From positions 62,001 through 126,000 of the forward strand of contig NIVC01000068.1 of the NCBI GenBank assembly GCA_002269645.1: a stretch of DNA of 64,000 nt. The letters run 5' to 3'. The stretch is from Macrostomum lignano. Taxonomy: Eukaryota. Under the pieces are notes generated by a model. That model did no database searches, was not told the origin of the DNA, and saw nothing but the letters and a program-made list of their open reading frames with translations. Both the position numbers and the translations under genes were made by a program. Positions 38,212 through 49,440 of this stretch are shown here, piece by piece (the first letter of the stretch is position 1; every line of letters starts with the position of its first letter).

Positions 38212-38613
38212 TTGGTTTTGTCAGCCTAACTGAGAATAAAGCCACCCAAAATGAGAATCCTGCTTACGCTGACTGCGAACGGCCTGGCTGCGTGCAGCCT
38301 TGGTCTATGGGCCATAGACAATAAAGGACAAGCAAAGTGATAAAAAGCCATCCAATGTGAGAATCGATTGGTCTATGCGTCGTATTCTTTTATTTTTATA
38401 CCTTCTGAGCCATACATGTATGACTAGCCAATAGCTTGAACGGAATAACGGAAACAGGAACACACTGGATGATACAGTACAGTAAAGTAAAGAGTTAAAA
38501 TAGCCGTCCCTCAATGCACTGCCCAAAGAGTCATTAGCTAGGCCCTTCGTATTCAGCGTAGGCAGGATTCTCACTTTGGATGGCTTTATTCTCAGTTAGG
38601 CTGACAAAACCAA
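38212..38613. mobile_element. MITE, 402 bp, about 60-bp terminal inverted repeats, TA flanks (Tc1/mariner-like)
   Basis: TA|TTGGTTTTGTCAGCCTAACTGAGAATAAAGCC... and ...GGCTTTATTCTCAGTTAGGCTGACAAAACCAA|TA. Confidence 0.88.
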
Positions 38614-40064
38614 TACTATTTTATACTATTTCATTTCAGACCCAGGAGAATAATCCTCGTTGCACAAGGATTTCAAAAAAGGGGGAATAATATAGGGATT
38701 AGAAATTAGGAAAAGTCTGAGAAAGTAAAAAGATTCGCTAAAGGGCAAAGTAAGAAGCAAAAATCAGGGGGCGAAAGTTCAATTTAGAGATAAGACACTT
38801 GAGTAAAAGTAATTAAAAGAACGGTGCAAGAAAGCGAAATAAATCATAGATTGATAAGAACTTAACTGTCACTTTCACCCAAGATTTCAGACCAAACGAG
38901 ATAACTTCAAAGTCGGCCGAGGTACCAGACAGAGTCAGTCGGCGCGGTGCCAGGAGAATCGATACGGCAAGATACCCCGACTGGCGGGCGAGATACAGCG
39001 ATGGTCAACAGGCCAAGGTCAGCGGTGATGTACGTGGATCAGCCCAGGGAGCGAAAGCACGACTCACCGAGGGACGCACGGGTGGTCTGACGTGCGAATC
39101 GACTCGAATAATGAGCCCTGAACTGACCTTTAACCATCGTCTGATGCGACCAACTAACAGATATTAAATTACCTCTCTCGCCCCGTAGCAACGTGCTAAT
39201 CTAATGTTGCTGCGTCTGTTGCTAATCAGCAGCGGGGATGACGTGTATCTAAAAATCAATAAAATAGACACGGCCTCGGCCCCGAATGGGCGCTCTAAAA
39301 AGACCTTAAGTGATAGAACTCCTGTGCAGTTCATTCAGACCCAGCGACTTATATTTGTCCTTTTTGTAGCCAAAGGCACAATTTGTAGCCAACCGGTAGA
39401 CGATCTCGGTTGTAAAATCTTTTAGGCTTAGGAATTAGTTAGAACGGAAGCACATAAGAGACCAACTTGGGTAAAAGTCAGTAAGGCCTAAAAGAAGACT
39501 TACAGTTAGGTCAATTCTTTTTTTTCTTCACTTGTCATTTGTCAAATTATTATAATTTTTACAATTTGTTACAATACAGAACAGCCACATTCAAAACCAC
39601 ACGGTCACTTCCACTGCATCATGTCATCAATTTAAGTTCAAGGGGAAACGTCGGAAGAGAAGTTCCGGGGGGAAACGACCGTAAGCCGGGGCATTCCCAG
39701 ATCAAGTGCTCCGCATTCTCAACACCAGAGAGGTGTTAAATCGGATGACTTCTCAGAACAAAAGAATAAGGAAAAAAGTCGGATTCTTCAAAGTATTTTC
39801 TTGCCTTCAGCACTTCCGCGGTCTCGCGCAGGAACACAAAACTTATAAAAAACTTACCAAAGAACTTATCAAAAAATTACTATTTAACGTGGGGTTGGGT
39901 TAGCAGAGAGAGAGGGGGGTTAGCTCATTAAATGAACATTAAATGAAGAAAAAAATGCATGTACAGTTAAATATGTAAACCCCCAACAATATAGCAAAAA
40001 TGAACCTTCAGAACAAGAGGCAGAATGGGCATTACTCACTGAGGATTTTTTCTTGGAGGTGACG

Positions 40065-40690
40065 ATTCCCTGGAGTTGGCAAAACAGCCATGTCCCGAGA
40101 GAGCCATGGTCACCGCCCTGATGTCCCTGCGGTTGAGTCCAAGCAGGGGCCCTGCAGAGCCCGGGAGAAGGACAGGGGACAGCCACGCTGGATTGCCGGC
40201 AGTCGGGGGTGTTAACCTACCTCAGCTCCGTGTGCTTAGATGCCACCCAACTGGTTGATCCGAGTGGTGACAATGGCGGGGGGGTGGGGGCCACTGGCAG
40301 GGGACCAGTAAAAGAACCGGTCAAGCCAGCCTTGGCCAGGCGATTGGCCAATTCGTTGCCAGGGTGGACCCCAGTGCCCAGGGATCCACCTTAGGGACAC
40401 CTTGTTGGAGACGCCTAAGCTGTTAAGCTGCCCGATGCAGTCGAGGACTGTACGCGAGCAGGTGGTGTTGCGCTCAAGGGCGTGGATCGCCGCTTGACTG
40501 TCTGAGTGAAGAATAATCTCCTTCCCCCAGACGTGCATGGCACAGGAGCTGATGGCGAGAACTTCGTTCTGGAAGATGGTTGATCAGGTGCCGGTGTGCT
40601 GGGAGAAGGTCCCCACTGTTCACACTCTAGACACAATGCAGGAGCCGGAGCCAGAGGCGGAGTTGATTTGTGCCCCACAAAATTCTAATT
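40065..40690 (-). mobile_element. I-group non-LTR retrotransposon fragment, RNase H domain, frameshifted
   Basis: IILHSDSQAAIHAL, LRWIPGH, then (shifted) GNELANRLAK; downstream RRDIRAVTMALSGHGCF. Confidence 0.82.
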
Positions 40691-41051
40691 TTTTTACAAC
40701 TGTATTTGTCACAGATCAACTTGGTCCTATTTTATGGAGATACTACGATGGAATTTTTACTGCGAATTCAACCAGCTAAAAAAATTCATTTTAAACCGAA
40801 GAAGTACAAGTACTATTATATGAAGTAGCTAGGTCTGTAGCTCGTGAGAGGTCTTCGGATGATGCAAACGTTAGATTCGTCCCTCAAAGGGCCATAGACA
40901 TTTCAATACGGGCTGTATGGCTCAAAGTTAAATAGCTAATCGAAAGTGACTTACTTTGATACCTAGATCGTGAAAATTTAATTTAATTTAAAAGAACCCA
41001 AGTGTAACGAGTCGGACTTAGCCATACCTTACGGACAAAATCCCAATTTCA

Positions 41052-43094
41052 TTGAGATTAACAATGCTAGCAGCCTTTCAAAGCGTGATTGCAGCGTGCA
41101 TTGTCGGCCAAATACTCGGTGTAGGATCCATTTACCCTACGGAACACAGGCAACAGCCAGAGTTTCAAAGAGACAGCAACCGAACCAGCAACTTTCTGGC
41201 GAGCGACGAAGTGTGGGTGCCCGGAACTACTACCCTGGTTACTATGCGAATGGTTGGAGAGCCGCTGGACATTGCAGTTCGATTGCTCAATGGTCCCGCT
41301 TCGTTTGGACAGCCTAAACTCTACCTAATGGTGAAATGTTCGCAGTCGGACAGTTTCGTTACAGCGGAGCTGTTTACCGGATTTACTGAGCCCATTTCTG
41401 CTACGGGTGAGAATAACAACAAACTGGGGCGCGTGTTCTGTAAGCACAGGCAGCCATTCTCTGTTCAGCCAGTACAAAGTCGGAGCAACCAGTTCAGGCT
41501 GAAGCTGATTGACAACGCCGGGAGAGTTCCGTTTGAGGAATCGCTCGACTTGTCAGCAGAGATAGCTGTACGGGCCGCGTACAACAGACTCGAGCTGACT
41601 TCGAGTAGTCTACTCATCTACAACTGGGACTCTCTACTCAGCTTTGATGATGAGGCTGACGACCAGAGTTTTTCCGGAGGGTCAGCTCCAAAGAACCAAC
41701 ACCAAATACTTTCCAAGGAAGCCATTGATTATTTATCGTTTCATTTTGACTACCTGCATGGTTCAAAATTCAAGAAAGTTCCATTTTTGCACGACAGGTT
41801 TGCTAAAATGGTGCAAAAATCTTCTCTAGTAGTGCGCAGCAGCTTAGTTTTCTCGGTAATTGTTCGCTATAACAGCAGCTCCTGCTGGGATGTTTGGGCA
41901 CCAAGATCCGATATCGTTGTTTCATCCGGCGATCCGGATTTCGGCAGCAACTCGACTTACATTCAGTCAAATTTGAAACCGTGCTACTACTTGGATTTGC
42001 GAACTGGAGTTTTGGAGGTCAACGGACACTGCATGAACGGCCGAGTGGACAAGGCTGCCAGACTAATCAAGAACGACACGCAAGTTGTGTTGACTTGCTA
42101 CCGGATATCTGCAAGTAACAAGGCCTGGCGTTATAACGCATTGAAGCCAGTCAAAGTCAATTACATGGATTTAAGATCTTTTCTTGTTGACATTAGAAGC
42201 GGTTTATTTTTGGAAGTTTTTAATAATTTTGAAAGCTACAAACGATTCGTAAAAAAATGCCATACCAGCTTCGATAAAATTGAAGTACAGCTATTTTCTG
42301 GAATGATCGACGTCATTTTACAAGTGCCAGTCGTGTGTTCCATAATCCAACGCGTGTTCCACAATGGCACGGTGTGCGCTGGTCAGGTGGGAGGCGACGG
42401 CTTTCGAAACTGCAGTCAGTACTCAGTTAGCAAGTTTTACTCAGCTATCCGGTTTGATGGCATGCTTAGCACTAAACATGCTGGAGTTTACACATTCGCT
42501 ACAGAGGACACAGTGTTCAAGTTCATAGTGACAGTGATAAGCCTACCTTTGTTCCGCACCGATGCTCAGTCTGGAGATCTCCAAGCGGAATCGATGGTCA
42601 CCGAGCTCGTCCAGCTGTTTAACCTGAGCTGCACTGCGTTTTACTCCAGCGTGTCACCTGTCAGTCTGAGGCCGTCATTTTTAGTCAATGTTGACTTTAA
42701 TCTGGTAAAGATGGCTGTCCACGAGTTCACTCAGTACTTGGGTACGGCTCCTCAGAAGCTAGAGGTGAAACGTAGCGACGACAACAACAGCAGCAGCAGG
42801 CTGCAGCTGTACATGCCTTACGTGGAGAACCCTGGCGACAAGGCCAATGCGTTTGTAGTCCGTTGCCGGGCCTCACTAACGGCTGCAGTTACAAAAAAGC
42901 TTCTTGGCACGTCAGTGGAGTACTCAACTGAAACTCGTGGCATTGTCCGCTTCACGAATCAGGTTCGAAATTTTCGAAACTACATGATGAGCAAAGACGT
43001 CTCGTCGGCAGTGCATATCGACATTGCGCTGCTTACTACATCAATGTGCTTTTCTATTGTCGTTAGTAGCCTGACTGTAATCGATATGGGATAA
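41052..43094 (+). CDS. Uncharacterised predicted surface protein, paralog B (680 aa; start may be the ATG at 41064)
   Basis: Long intact intronless ORF; hydrophobic N-terminus MLAAFQSVIAACIVGQILGVG; hydrophobic C-terminus IALLTTSMCFSIVVSSL; shares four near-identical blocks with paralog A. Confidence 0.8.
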   Translation: MRLTMLAAFQSVIAACIVGQILGVGSIYPTEHRQQPEFQRDSNRTSNFLASDEVWVPGTTTLVTMRMVGEPLDIAVRLLNGPASFGQPKLYLMVKCSQSDSFVTAELFTGFTEPISATGENNNKLGRVFCKHRQPFSVQPVQSRSNQFRLKLIDNAGRVPFEESLDLSAEIAVRAAYNRLELTSSSLLIYNWDSLLSFDDEADDQSFSGGSAPKNQHQILSKEAIDYLSFHFDYLHGSKFKKVPFLHDRFAKMVQKSSLVVRSSLVFSVIVRYNSSSCWDVWAPRSDIVVSSGDPDFGSNSTYIQSNLKPCYYLDLRTGVLEVNGHCMNGRVDKAARLIKNDTQVVLTCYRISASNKAWRYNALKPVKVNYMDLRSFLVDIRSGLFLEVFNNFESYKRFVKKCHTSFDKIEVQLFSGMIDVILQVPVVCSIIQRVFHNGTVCAGQVGGDGFRNCSQYSVSKFYSAIRFDGMLSTKHAGVYTFATEDTVFKFIVTVISLPLFRTDAQSGDLQAESMVTELVQLFNLSCTAFYSSVSPVSLRPSFLVNVDFNLVKMAVHEFTQYLGTAPQKLEVKRSDDNNSSSRLQLYMPYVENPGDKANAFVVRCRASLTAAVTKKLLGTSVEYSTETRGIVRFTNQVRNFRNYMMSKDVSSAVHIDIALLTTSMCFSIVVSSLTVIDMG

Positions 43095-43324
43095 TATCTA
43101 CTGTTCATGGTTCAATCAGCGTAAACATAATTTACAGATTATTTGCCAGCAGCAAACTGCGCAACATTTCCTTTTGCTTTTATTGCTTCATTACCTGTGC
43201 TACTTGTACTTCGTATGATTTGGCCATAGCTATTTAGCGTAGTTTATTCTAGCCCGAATCCTAATCTCTCATTATTAGATTTATCCATCTCCTATAGTTG
43301 CTGAAAAAATTTATCACAGAAGTA

Positions 43325-44079
43325 ACCTTCGCGCTCTCCTAAGACAATGATTTTCTAGTTTATACGATATGTATGCCTTGGAAAATATATTCCTGAGGAT
43401 TCCTGAGATATACATGTTTTTGCATTGACATTGTTTCATTAAGTGGTCGTAAAACCAGTAAATTGTAACCAGCTTGGAATATACTGCTTCAGCAGAAGTC
43501 TCCACTTGTACAGAATCAGCGTCTCATCGATGGCGACATCCTGCTCTGGTCGATAGGTTTCGCGACAAATTCGGCTAATCAAGTCCAGAAAAGACATTAC
43601 TTTGCACAGTGGGTCGTTGATATTGAACTCTCGGCAGTCGTAGCACCGGAAGTAGGCCAGTAGCTGAAGAAATCGCCAACGGGGAAGGCTCTGCTTGCTG
43701 AAAGTATGGATTCCGATACATGACGTCTGTGGACCAGTAGTAGCATATGCTTCTGATCAGCTTCTGGATCCATGCTTTCCGACTCCATTTCTGACTCAAA
43801 AACCGTCGAGTCATCGCTTGATAAAGCTTCTTCCGAATCGGAATCGAGTCCCAGTCTGCGCAAAGCGTTACTTTTAGCTGTCCTTTTCAGGCGCGTAGAA
43901 GCCATTTGTGGGTAGGAAGCTTTGAACAGGAGCTAGCAGAAAATCTCTGTGGTATACTACTTCTGGGCTTCTAGAGTGTGCATTCAATTCAGCAAGAAAG
44001 GCAAATTTGTCTATGGACTGCTCTGCAGGCCTTTGGGCTTTTAAGCGATCTTACAGAACCAAGCTTGGGCGCGAAGTGG
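43325..44079 (-). mobile_element. piggyBac transposon remnant (internally deleted)
   Basis: Minus-strand YYWSTDVMYRNPYF and NDPLCKVMSFLDLISRICRETYRPEQDVAIDETLILYK (piggyBac DDE N-terminal motif); TTAA at 44080-44083 followed on minus strand by CCACTTCGCGCC, with a degenerate match AACCTTCGCGC near 43324. Confidence 0.65.
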
Positions 44080-44394
44080 TTAATGTGTAGGGGCCTAATG
44101 AAAAATCCCCTGCGCTTCGGCCCTTGGAAGGGCTCTTGCGCAACTTTTTTTTAAAGTCGAATTGTTGATTATTGACGTGTATGATAGTCACATCTTCAAC
44201 TGCTCGACACTTATTAGGAAACTCCCAACTCTCGACCTTTCCCTAACATTAACAATCCCCAAGCTAAAACTACTGGTAGTAGTGTAAAAGCATATCTGCC
44301 CTACTACACTTGCAATAAAAATAAAAAAGAATTAAACTCTAACAAACCTCCAGTTGTAGTGAGTTCGATTGTTGTACTTAAGAGCACAGACTCA

Positions 44395-47070
44395 GTTAAA
44401 TACTCTATTAAATGAGCTGAGCTGTCTCGGGCGTGAAGCAGACGCGCTGGTTGTCTTTCAGATGAACGGCCAGCCTGATGACAGCCGGATACCGACTGTG
44501 CACTTCAAAGCCCAAGATGGTGTTTACCGCCTCCATGGGGCCAATGTACCTGCCCAGAAGGTTGTCAAAGGTGAAATTCGCCTTGTGACCGCCGCGCACC
44601 TTCGTCACCGAGAAGCCGCCCATCTCGGTTGATCTGAGATGATAGTGCGGGTAGCCGTTCTCTTGAATCATGGTGACTGCCTGGAACTCTCGGATAGCGT
44701 TTGCTGCATGCGCCATTCTCCACGCACGACGCGGCTGGATTCAGCTGCATTCCACAGGGACAATGCAGGAGATTCTCAGCGACCAGCTTGTGCAGGTCCG
44801 CGTCGGCAACGGGATCCGGGAGTTCTGCACTGATGATGGCGTCATATTGATCCGGCTTCAGCTTGACAGCCAACCAAAGCAGTGCGTGCACGTGGGGAAG
44901 ACCTATTTGAGTGGGATTTGGTTCATAAATGAAAAGTTTATTTATCCAGACATGATCAGCAAATATAACTAATTTTTATTTTTCTTCAGGAATAGCTTTT
45001 TTAACAGTTTTATTAATACACATATTTAAGTATGCAATAAATATTTACATGATAGTAGTTACCTCGAATTTTGGTACTCTAGAGCGTAGACTCGAGCCAG
45101 CGTGTCCCCAAGCAGACTCTTCAGACTGTCGAGGAAGGCCTTCTTCTTCAGCTCGAACACCCTGGCGGTGATGTCCGGCCGATCCACGGCAGTTTGGCCA
45201 GGCAGCAGCAGCTCAGCAAGAATCTCAGGCCACTTCGGGTTACACGTCATCGTCAGGAACAGGTCTGGGCGGCCGAAGGCGTGCACATACGCCATGGCAT
45301 CCTGCTGACGTTCTAGACGGTACCGAGGGCCACCGATGACGTATCCAGACGTCAGGATGACGTGGTTCCCGATGTCGATCCCCATCGGGTCGATCTCGCT
45401 CGGGTTCCCGTCGTTCGCGTGGAGGGCATCTCGCAATCCGCGCAGGCGCTCTGACAGCAGGTCCTTCTGGTGCAGTCGGATGTAGTTGAGCCTCTCCGAC
45501 CAGATACTGCTGGAACAGCCGGCCTCCGTAGTGCAGGCTGTTGAACTGGCCTGGGTGGACCTGGATCATGAAGGCGTAATACTTGATGATAGTGATGCCA
45601 CGATCCTGCTTGAGTCCGATGCTCCAGCCGTCCTCCCCAAATGGGAACAGCAGGACGTCCTTCAAGGGATCGTAGGAGCGGTGGGTGTCACAGATGCTCT
45701 GGAGGCCTGTGAATAAAAAATGATCGATGGGCGAATTCCGTCTTTTCTTAATGCAAATACAGCAATTACATCAATTTAACTAAATGCTTGAATCTTCCAA
45801 TCGACACAAAAGCAAGAGATGATAAAATGCTTCGTTATTCAAGGGATACATGTGGGATTAGGGATATATAATTGTGCATCTCATTATCATATAAAAAAAG
45901 CGAAAAAATCTGAGTCTTATGGAAAATGATTTAAAAGTTTGTACTAACAAATAAAAATAAAAATAACATAAATTTCGGGTCGCAGAACTCACCACTGCCC
46001 CTCAGACGCAAAATCATGTCTCGCCGTCGCGTCTGGGCTAGGCTGGTATCGCCTAGGACCGTCAGGATGCCGACTTCACTGCACTCGGGCAAATTGAAGC
46101 GCCTGGCATGCTCCCCAGATGGACGGGCATCCGGGTTGATGACGACCTTGGCGCTTTGCAGCTGAGGGTCGTTGCGCTGCGCACGTAGCCGTTGCACGCA
46201 TGCAGCATGGCTTGCAGCTCTTCCAGCAGACGACCGTTCAGTCCGGTGGCCCACTGCAGCCGGGTTTGCGGCTCCTGGTCCACAAAAAGACCTGGCAGAA
46301 CCTGGCCTCATCCCCCGGATCCGGCAACAGGCTTCCGATTCGATTGTGCATCTGGCCATGGAAGATGAAGCTCGGGTTCCAGCCGAGCTGCTCACGCTGC
46401 TTGGCTCCGAGTGACGTCATGTACAACGCTCCGTTGTACTTCCTGATGTCCTTCAGGAACTGCGAGCTGTCCGGGTGCTGGCCGCTTCAGGACATCATCG
46501 GGGGGGGGGGGGGGGGGGGGTGGGGTCACGGCGGGGCTCTAGGACGGTCTGAGAGTTGGATTAAAGTAAAAATATTTATCACTTTATGACTGTGGCTTGT
46601 CTTTAAATTCCACTTTCTATTAGTAAGTTATTTCTTACTAATAAACTTTCTTAGCAAAAATATTAAAAACATAATCACCTTGTCTCCATGGCAGCAAGCG
46701 CTGGCGAGCTCAGCTTTCCAGCGTAGGGCGCCGCAGTTCGGACACTGAACATCCATGCGGCCGAGTACATGCGGCTGGTGCGCCAATTCCAGTAGTCTGG
46801 GATGCAGAAATAAATCTAGCAATGCTGTCGTGGCGACGAACTGACTGTGTGTGCAGACTGAGGTTGCGGTCATCAGACGGCTCCGCAATGCGAAGCTGAT
46901 TCTGGCGATGCTGCTGCAACTGCAGGTGATTCAAATGGTCAGTCTCCGTTTCGCCCTCGCGCTGACGGATTGTGCGCAACCGGTTCTCGTCAAGGCGATG
47001 TTGGCGCTCGGGCTCGTCCTCTGCCTGGCCGCGGTATACGTTAACAAAAGAATTGCGAAACAAACTGAAT
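44395..47070 (-). mobile_element. Helitron Rep-domain remnant with AT-rich GT-AG introns, frameshifted and 3'-truncated (no helicase seen)
   Basis: FLKDIRKYNGALYMTSLG, YDPLKDVLLFPFGEDGW, GRLFQQYLV, GRPDLFLTMTCNPKWPEI, DRPDITARVF, EYQ..GLPHVH, HCPCG..NPAASC..CSKRYP, PAVIRLAVHL. Confidence 0.88.
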
Positions 47071-48174
47071 GGTGTAGACTATAGCACAATGCTAATATTG
47101 TCATGTGTAGCGCTACCTAAACTAAATGTCTGAATATTTATGTTGATAGAAGGGAAAGGGGTTGATAGAAAAAAGCAACTATAACTTTAGTAGTCGATTG
47201 TTGTGTACACTCCAAAAACATCGATATTTATCTTGCAAACCCTCGACAAGTCAGTTTCATTCGTGTATGATAACTGAAGCATTGCATGCCTACTTCAAAC
47301 CTCTCTTGCATTATTGATTCATGGGAACGCAGCGACTGTCTCTGCAGCTGGTGGCTTCGCCCTCTGTCAATTTCTTTTTGCTGCTAACTTGAGCTCTTTA
47401 TTTTCTTCATACATCGGCATAATTGAAGTTTGCTTGTGCAACAAACCTGGAGACAATATGACAGTTCGTATGACTGACGGACTTCGATATAATAGAAAGT
47501 CACCTGCACTCATGTGAATTATGTATTCGTTAAAGTGAAGTGGTTGGTGATTGTGGTGATCAACTCCCTCCCACAAAGCCTCTATTGAAACTTCAAGGTC
47601 TCATCTCTCTTCTCCTCCTCTCCTCCTCATCTCTCGTCTTTTCTCTCCTTTTATCTTCTATCTCATCTATCCTTTCATCTTCACCTCTCACCTCTTCTCT
47701 CGCTCCAAGGTCTCAGCTCTCTTCTCTTCTCTCTTTCCCCTTCTCTATCCTTTTCGCTTTCATCTGACCCCCCTTAATATAAAAAGTTTGCATACCTTTT
47801 GTCCTAGAGAAACTGGAAAAAATACAATTTGAGTGGAGCAGCGTCTCATTATTGCGCATACCTTCCGCAGAGCTGAGAGCTGGTTGCCATGGTGACGCCA
47901 AAAGTATTGACATTTCAGGCAGCACCTGCTTAATAATGCATAATTTTTCGACTAGGGCAGCCTACGATTCTGACTGTTCTGGCAGTTTGTTCACGGAATC
48001 TACCTGAGTTTAATTGACAGAATGTCTGAAGCGGCGCGCATACATCTGCCATTGGCTCCGCCAATCTTCTTTGGGTGGCTACAAATTCAACTGTCGATTT
48101 GCCACGGGGTGGAGCGTCTTTTCCTCCCCAAGAACTCCTGCCTCTAGCACGCTATTGTCAAGCTAGCTGACAAC

Positions 48175-49177
48175 ATGAGCTCCCAGTTTCTTCTGGCCCT
48201 CGTAACCTTTACAGTAATTTCTGCTTTGTTTGCGCCCACTGCATCGGCGAAAAGGCAGCTGACGTACCAATACTTGGGTTGCTTCGTCGAAAGCGTTCCC
48301 GCGAACCGGGATCTGGTAGGTCTGGCAAAGCTGGGTCCTCACGATGTAACTATCCCAGCGCAAGGACTGACCTCAATCGCAACGATGTCGGTTGACTTGT
48401 GCAGCGAGCTGTGCTCACTTGGTGGATTCACATACTTTGGAGTGCACTTACGCACTCTCAAGTGTCTTACTGCTCGTGCGACTTTACCTACGGTTCCTTT
48501 GGAACCCCCAACGAGTCCGACTGCTACATGAACTGCGTGGGAAATGCCTCTCAGAAGTGCGGAAACAGCTATCGAAGTTCGATGTACAAAATCTCTTTTT
48601 TGAGTGAGTTTCCAAAAGAGTAAACAGAAATTTGAAATAGATAAATTAAATTTTGCGGCGTATTCTAATCTACTTCTAGAGTAAACTCACTTCTAGACTC
48701 TCGATGCAGAGAAGACAGCATTAGGGTATACAGTATAAGATTCAAAGTTAATTCCAGCTCGCTTATTAAGATGTACTTATCAGTATGTGCACTACATGCG
48801 ATCTCTTCTCGCAGAAGAGCTTCAATTTCATACCGGATCTTGTCAGCTCACCGGTGCTGCTCGACGCCGCATATCCTGCCGGTGTCGTAACCAACCGAAT
48901 GTCTGCTGCCAACACTCTTCTTCGCTGCCTCCTCGACTGCCAGGAGAACCCGGTGGCGATGTGCCAAGCTGTCTTGTTCGAAGCAGGCGGCAGACGCTGT
49001 CACCAGCTGACGTTCGCTGCCATTCCAACTGAGCTCTGGAATGGCCAACCGAATTCTGGGCCAGAACGTGAAATATTCAACCACCAAGTGCAGATCGGTG
49101 ACGGATTCTGGCAGAAGAAAACAAGAACAAAACTTTTTTGCGTTGCATATACGTACCTACACGCACTAGATACGTAG
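48175..49177 (+). pseudogene. Secreted WSC-domain + PAN/apple-like protein, frameshift near 48466; probable intron 48620-48846
   Basis: Signal peptide MSSQFLLALVTFTVISALFAPTASA; WSC pattern YLGCF..MSVDLCSELC..GFTYFG continues in another frame as YCSC..DCYMNCVGNASQKCG..RSSMY; second exon LRCLLDCQEN..CQAVLF..CHQL. Confidence 0.65.
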
Positions 49178-49440
49178 AAATGTCAAAACTTTTGATTGCA
49201 TGCCTTACTCGTATCAAGGCATTCCTCTGATCGATCAATCAACTAAAACACTAAGTTTTATGAAATTAGAAAAGAATACTTAACTAAACGTAGCTGCTAT
49301 CAGATATATAACATCTCGTTACATTATTGAAATTGACATCGAAACAAATAGATTTCTTAAGATCTTTTTGCCAATAGAGCGATACTTGACTAGTCACGCA
49401 ACTCAAATTCATCATTTTTTCGCGTGTGATTTTTATTTAC

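Noticed and set aside
33900-43200. Simple recent tandem duplication explaining the paralog pair
   Set aside because: Flanks, signal peptides, tails and the central third are not similar at nucleotide level, while internal blocks are near-identical
46500-46520. 21-nt poly-G run as a functional G-quadruplex element
   Set aside because: Lies in a Pro-coding stretch of the decayed Helitron; more likely homopolymer expansion or sequencing error
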